From the NCBI GenBank assembly GCA_964291415.2, contig OZ219920.1:672001-736000 (forward strand): DNA of 64,000 bases. The letters are read 5' to 3'. Made by a program: the position numbers and the translations under genes. Below are positions 59,879 to 64,000 of this stretch, in pieces; positions within the stretch are counted from its first letter, which is position 1, and each line of letters begins with the position of its first letter. The notes under the pieces are model-generated. The model was not told where the DNA came from. It did not search any database and saw nothing but the letters and a program-made list of their open reading frames with translations. This DNA is from Alphaproteobacteria bacterium. Lineage in GTDB: Bacteria; Pseudomonadota; Alphaproteobacteria; SP197.

Positions 59879-60866
59879 CACCCTCGTCGACGCTGACTGC
59901 GCGGACGAAGGAGAGGGTATCGGCCCGGTCATCCTCATTGGCGGGCCGACGGCGTCGGGCAAGTCTCGGCTTGCCATGCGCCTTGCCGACGAGGTGGACG
60001 GCGTCATCGTCAACGCGGACAGCATGCAGGTCTATGCCGACCTCGCGATCCTGACGGCCCGGCCGACTCCTGAGGACGAGGCACGCTGCCAACACCACCT
60101 TTTCGGCTTTCTCGATGCCGCCACACCCTGTTCGGCCGGGTTGTGGCACCGCCGCGCGCGCAGCATCTGCCAGGAGATTTCCTCGACCGGCCGGGTGCCG
60201 ATCGTTGTCGGCGGGACAGGCCTCTATCTCAGGACATTCCGCGAGGGACTGGCGCCGATTCCCGACATTCCAGGGGACGTCCGCGAAAGGGTCCGCCAGC
60301 GACTGGCGATAGAGGGAGCGGAGGCGCTTCACGCCGACCTCGGCGGGATCGATCCCTCCCTGGCGGCGGCTCTCTCGCCCGCAGACAGCCAGCGCATCGC
60401 CCGGGCCCACGAGGTCCACGAGGCAACGGGAACGCGGCTATCGGAATGGATGACGCGGTCCCGCGAGGGAGGATGGAAAGGGGCGCTGTGGCAGATCAGC
60501 CTGCTTCCGGACCGATCGCTCCTCTTCGAGCGCACGGTTGCCCGTTTCGACCGGATGATGGCGGCAGGCGCTCTCGAAGAAGCCGCGGCCTTCGCGGCGC
60601 GCCGTCTCGATTCATCCCTGCCGGCCACACGCTGCGTCGGGCTTGCCAGTCTCACGGCCCATCTTGCCGGACGTCTCACCCTTGACGAGGCGTGTGACGA
60701 GGCGAAGCGGGCAACACGGCGCTACGCCCGCAGGCAGTTCACATGGTTCCGCCACCAATCAGGGGACGCATCGCTCCTCTGTGCCTTCGGCGACGACGAA
60801 AACGCTGGCGACATTGTCGCCAGGGCCCGGTGCTTCCTGTCATCCTCTTCCGCCCACGTACCGTGA
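59871..60866 (+). CDS. miaA: tRNA dimethylallyltransferase
   Basis: GPTASGKS, NADSMQVY, VGGTGLY, TRRYARRQFTWFRHQ. Confidence 0.95.
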   Translation: MIDTLVDADCADEGEGIGPVILIGGPTASGKSRLAMRLADEVDGVIVNADSMQVYADLAILTARPTPEDEARCQHHLFGFLDAATPCSAGLWHRRARSICQEISSTGRVPIVVGGTGLYLRTFREGLAPIPDIPGDVRERVRQRLAIEGAEALHADLGGIDPSLAAALSPADSQRIARAHEVHEATGTRLSEWMTRSREGGWKGALWQISLLPDRSLLFERTVARFDRMMAAGALEEAAAFAARRLDSSLPATRCVGLASLTAHLAGRLTLDEACDEAKRATRRYARRQFTWFRHQSGDASLLCAFGDDENAGDIVARARCFLSSSSAHVP

Positions 60867-61055
60867 CCGCAGTTCCGGAGGGAGCATCCTGACGGGTCAG
60901 GGAACGAACGCATGATGCAGACTTCATTCCGGCGGAGAACACTCAACAAAGCAGAGGGCTGGCGCGCTGGCTCCAGGGATCCGGCGGTGACATCGCTTCC
61001 GCTTTCGGTCGTGTCAGTTAGCCTGTTCACCCCGTGTCGCATTGAGGAGGCCGCC

Positions 61056-61241
61056 ATGGTTGACCGTTACACCAAGATCATTCTGACGATTATCGCGTTC
61101 GCGCTGTGCGTCCTGGCGATCCAGAACAGTGTGCCAACTGCCACCGCAGTCGGCCTCGAGTGCGGAGAGTCGTGGAGTCCCTGCTTCGTCTACGTGATTG
61201 ATGGCTCGATCAAGGTGAGTGGGAGCGTACACACCTACTGA
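61056..61241 (+). CDS. Small membrane-anchored/secreted hypothetical protein
   Basis: Strong RBS GAGGAGG; MVDRYTKIILTIIAFALCVLAIQN hydrophobic N-terminus; CxxxxxxC pair. Confidence 0.6.
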   Translation: MVDRYTKIILTIIAFALCVLAIQNSVPTATAVGLECGESWSPCFVYVIDGSIKVSGSVHTY

Positions 61242-61300
61242 GCCTTCGTGCATCGCACGGCCAGACTTCAAATGGGGACACGTCTCCGCTTCCAGTTGAC

Positions 61301-61342
61301 TTGACATACCCATTTCGGGTACTTAACTACCCAATATGGGTA
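61301..61342 (+). promoter_or_regulatory. Promoter with tandem palindromic operators
   Basis: TTGACA (61301), then TACCC-N5-GGGTA at 61307-61321 and at 61328-61342; the second covers the ATG. Confidence 0.75.
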
Positions 61343-61977
61343 CTGAAACCACGAGATATGTTGCGAACACGTCGCACCGCAAGGGCGATCCGCGAGTCAA
61401 GGCACTTGTCGATGCGCTGTTCACCTCCACGCAGCAGCGTGTACTCGCCTTGCTTTTCGGTCAGCCGGACCGCGAATTTTTCGTATCCGAAATCATTGAG
61501 TTGGCTGGATCGGGGCGAGGGGCGGTGCAGCGAGAACTCGCCCGGCTCGCAGGGAGCGGCCTCGCAGCGGTTTCACAGGTCGGCAACCGCAAGCATTACA
61601 AGGCGAACCGCAATTCGCCTCTCTTTGATGAAGTCTGCAGCATCGTTCGCAAGACCATTGGCTTGGAGGAGTCCGTTCGAAATGGGCTCAAGCCGTTGGC
61701 GGACCGGCTCATCGTCGCCCTACTATTCGGATCGACCGTGCGGCGCACGGACACGGCAACGAGCGATATCGATCTCCTGCTCGTCTCCGACGACGTGACA
61801 CTGGAAGCGGTCTACGCCGTCATGGCGCCGGTGGAAGACATGCTCGGCCGGCGAGTGAACCCGATGATCTACACGTCGGACGAGTTCCGGAAGCGGCGTA
61901 CAGCCAACACCGGGTTTCTGACTCGGATTCTGCAAGGACCGCATATCATTCTCATGGGCAGCCTCGATGGTGATTGA
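61336..61977 (+). CDS. wHTH + minimal nucleotidyltransferase (MNT) antitoxin-like protein
   Basis: ALFTSTQQRVLALLFG..GRGAVQRELARL HTH; LFGSTVRR...SDIDLLLV. Confidence 0.88.
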   Translation: MGTETTRYVANTSHRKGDPRVKALVDALFTSTQQRVLALLFGQPDREFFVSEIIELAGSGRGAVQRELARLAGSGLAAVSQVGNRKHYKANRNSPLFDEVCSIVRKTIGLEESVRNGLKPLADRLIVALLFGSTVRRTDTATSDIDLLLVSDDVTLEAVYAVMAPVEDMLGRRVNPMIYTSDEFRKRRTANTGFLTRILQGPHIILMGSLDGD

Positions 61978-62395
61978 GCACCTGGACAATCTGGTGGCAG
62001 CGGACCGGTTGAAAGCGGAGCCGCCAATTGCCGACGAGGTCTCGGGATTGATTCGATCCGGAGTCGCCCGGCTCGCGGATGCGAAGAATGAGGGCCTCAG
62101 CCTGGAGTCCCGATTTGACCTCGCGTACAACGCCGCGCACGCCTTGTCCCTGGCAGGGCTGCGGAGCACCGGCTATCGCCCGAACAATCGTTATCTCGTA
62201 TTCCAGTGCCTTGAACACACGCTTGGCATTTCGGCCGAGAGATGGCGCGTGCTGGACGACGCGCATCGCAGAAGGAACCTTGCTGAATACGAAGGAGCGG
62301 TTGACGTCGATGAAGCCTTGGTGGCGGCGGTGATTCGGGTGACCGAGGAACTGGCGGCTCGGATCGGGCACGCAGGTGACGGCGCGGCGTCGTAG
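61967..62395 (+). CDS. HEPN-like toxin partner
   Basis: RLADA..LSLESRFDLAYNAAH, GYRP, HRRRNLAEYEG (RxxxxY-type motif); overlaps the MNT gene. Confidence 0.78.
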   Translation: MVIEHLDNLVAADRLKAEPPIADEVSGLIRSGVARLADAKNEGLSLESRFDLAYNAAHALSLAGLRSTGYRPNNRYLVFQCLEHTLGISAERWRVLDDAHRRRNLAEYEGAVDVDEALVAAVIRVTEELAARIGHAGDGAAS

Positions 62396-62933
62396 AGCCC
62401 CGGGGTCCGCGATATTGGTGCCGTCCTTCCCGTGATTGCGGGAAAGGTGGTGGGGCCAGCGTTGTTGACGTGATGGTCTGGACCATTCGGGACCGGAGAG
62501 CGTCGCGGGGTCACGGGGAAGGATCGTCAGGCAATCCGGCAGATCCCGCTTTCGCCCCTCGAGATTCCTCGTGCGGGATCGTGGATGTTCCGGTCGGTCC
62601 GAGCCGGCTGGGTGCGCCGCGGGGGATCGACTGCGCCCGACAATTGCGAACCCCGGAACCCGCTCCCTTGGCAGTCGAAGGCAGGGCTGTTCAGGCGCCG
62701 TGGTGCCATGATGCGCACAATTCGATGACATGGAACTGTCGCCGCACCTCCAGGTGCAAGCCGTCCTGGAGCCCGATACGGTCACCGAGGCCGGGCCGGG
62801 GGCGGTTTTCCGTTGACCGCGGACGGTCATCCGCATAGGTTCCGGCACTTGCGACGCGGCGCCGGACGCGCGCGGGAACTTCCGTCAAGAGACATGTCAG
62901 CGCCGTTGGCGCCTGTTGCGGAGAGATGCACTC

Positions 62934-64000
62934 GTGACCGACAAGCAGATGACAGGTTCAGAGATTCTCGTCAAGGTCCTCCAGGATCTCGGTGTGGACG
63001 TCATCTTCGGTTATCCGGGTGGCGCCGTGCTGCCGATCTATGATGCGCTGTGCCAGCAGAACAGCCTGCGGCACATCCTGGTGCGCCAGGAGGGCGCGGC
63101 GGTGCATGCCGCCGAAGGATATGCCCGCTCGACCGGCAAGGTCGGCGTCGTCCTAGTGACGTCTGGCCCGGGAGCGACGAACTGCGTGACCGGCCTTGCC
63201 GACGCCTTGATGGATTCGGTGCCCGTGGTCTGTCTCACGGGCCAGGTCCCCACGCACCTGATCGGCAACGATGCCTTCCAGGAGGCCGATACCCTCGGTA
63301 TCACGCGGCCCTGTACCAAGCACAACTACCTCGTGAAGGATGTCGATGATCTCGCGCGTGTCGTCAGGGAGGCGTTCCTGGTTGCCGCCAGCGGTCGGCC
63401 CGGTCCGGTTGTGGTGGACCTGCCCAAGGACGTGGTGACGGCCTCCACCGCCTATGCGCGGCCATCGGCGCCGATTCAGCATCCAAGCTACAGTCCCCGC
63501 CTCAAGGGGGACCACGAACGGATTTCCGAAGCTGTCGATCTGCTGGCGGGCGCCAGGCAGCCCCTGATCTATGCCGGAGGCGGCGTCGTCAATTCCGGTC
63601 CCGCGGCGTCACAGCTGTTGACCAATCTGGTCAATATGACCGGCATCCCCACCACGCTCACTCTCATGGGGCTGGGCGCCCTGCCGGCGTCCAACAGGAA
63701 CTTCATCGGCATGGTCGGCATGCACGGGTCGCTGGAAGCCAACATGTGCATGCACGACTGCGATGTCATGCTGTGCGTTGGCGCGCGGTTCGATGATCGC
63801 GTGACGGGCCGGACCGATGCGTTCTCTCCCGAATCGCGCAAGATCCATATCGACATCGACGCCTCGTCGATCAACAAGAACATCCATGTCGATGTGCCCA
63901 TCATCGGCGACTGCGGCTACGTGCTCGAGCACTTCATCAAGCTCTGGAAGTCGCGTCAGGCGCGTTGTGACGGTGACGCTCTTGACCGGTGGTGGACGCA
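62934..64000 (+). CDS. ilvB: Acetolactate synthase large subunit (runs off window end)
   Basis: My translation: MTGSEILVKVLQDLGVDVIFGYPGGAVLPIYDAL..HILVRQEGAAVHAAEGYARSTGKVGVVLVTSGPGATN. Confidence 0.95.
   Translation, partial: MTDKQMTGSEILVKVLQDLGVDVIFGYPGGAVLPIYDALCQQNSLRHILVRQEGAAVHAAEGYARSTGKVGVVLVTSGPGATNCVTGLADALMDSVPVVCLTGQVPTHLIGNDAFQEADTLGITRPCTKHNYLVKDVDDLARVVREAFLVAASGRPGPVVVDLPKDVVTASTAYARPSAPIQHPSYSPRLKGDHERISEAVDLLAGARQPLIYAGGGVVNSGPAASQLLTNLVNMTGIPTTLTLMGLGALPASNRNFIGMVGMHGSLEANMCMHDCDVMLCVGARFDDRVTGRTDAFSPESRKIHIDIDASSINKNIHVDVPIIGDCGYVLEHFIKLWKSRQARCDGDALDRWWT

Noticed and set aside
62400-62930. Duplicated miaA end or attenuator leader before ilvB
   Set aside because: No repeat of flanking genes and no convincing Ile/Leu/Val-rich leader peptide with terminator found

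Overview
High-GC alphaproteobacterial chromosome segment; the circularly permuted two-piece tmRNA, the alpha-type SspB and the hflK-hflC-DUF2065-degP-miaA-ilvB order support this. The core backbone is edd-pgl-zwf, prmA-uvrD, asmA, futA/futB, fumC-sspB-ssrA, thyX, mrp, hflKC, degP, miaA and ilvB. It is interrupted by five accessory blocks. (1) An eroded integration site at the prmA 3' end: integrase Arm-domain remnant, two NYN-domain remnants, ~0.5 kb diverged direct repeats and dinJ-yafQ with an amber-interrupted toxin. (2) A DUF2188 gene paired with a frameshifted nucleoside-deoxyribosyltransferase/TIR-like gene. (3) A ~31 kb integrase-free catabolic island: peptide-type ABC importer, many hydrolases, atypical SDRs, DMFase-like alpha/beta subunits, amidase, orphan Mo-hydroxylase, DMSP-lyase-family cupin, CocE and PhyH. 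It is bracketed by ~420 bp diverged direct repeats that each contain a whole tmRNA gene, its promoter region and the sspB 5' end. (4) A more AT-rich candidate defence cluster: Schlafen/AlbA_2-HATPase, dual-OB protein, two DUF488 proteins and an AAA_14/DUF4143 ATPase. (5) An HTH-MNT/HEPN pair with tandem operator palindromes. All calls come from motif recognition by eye; no searches were run.
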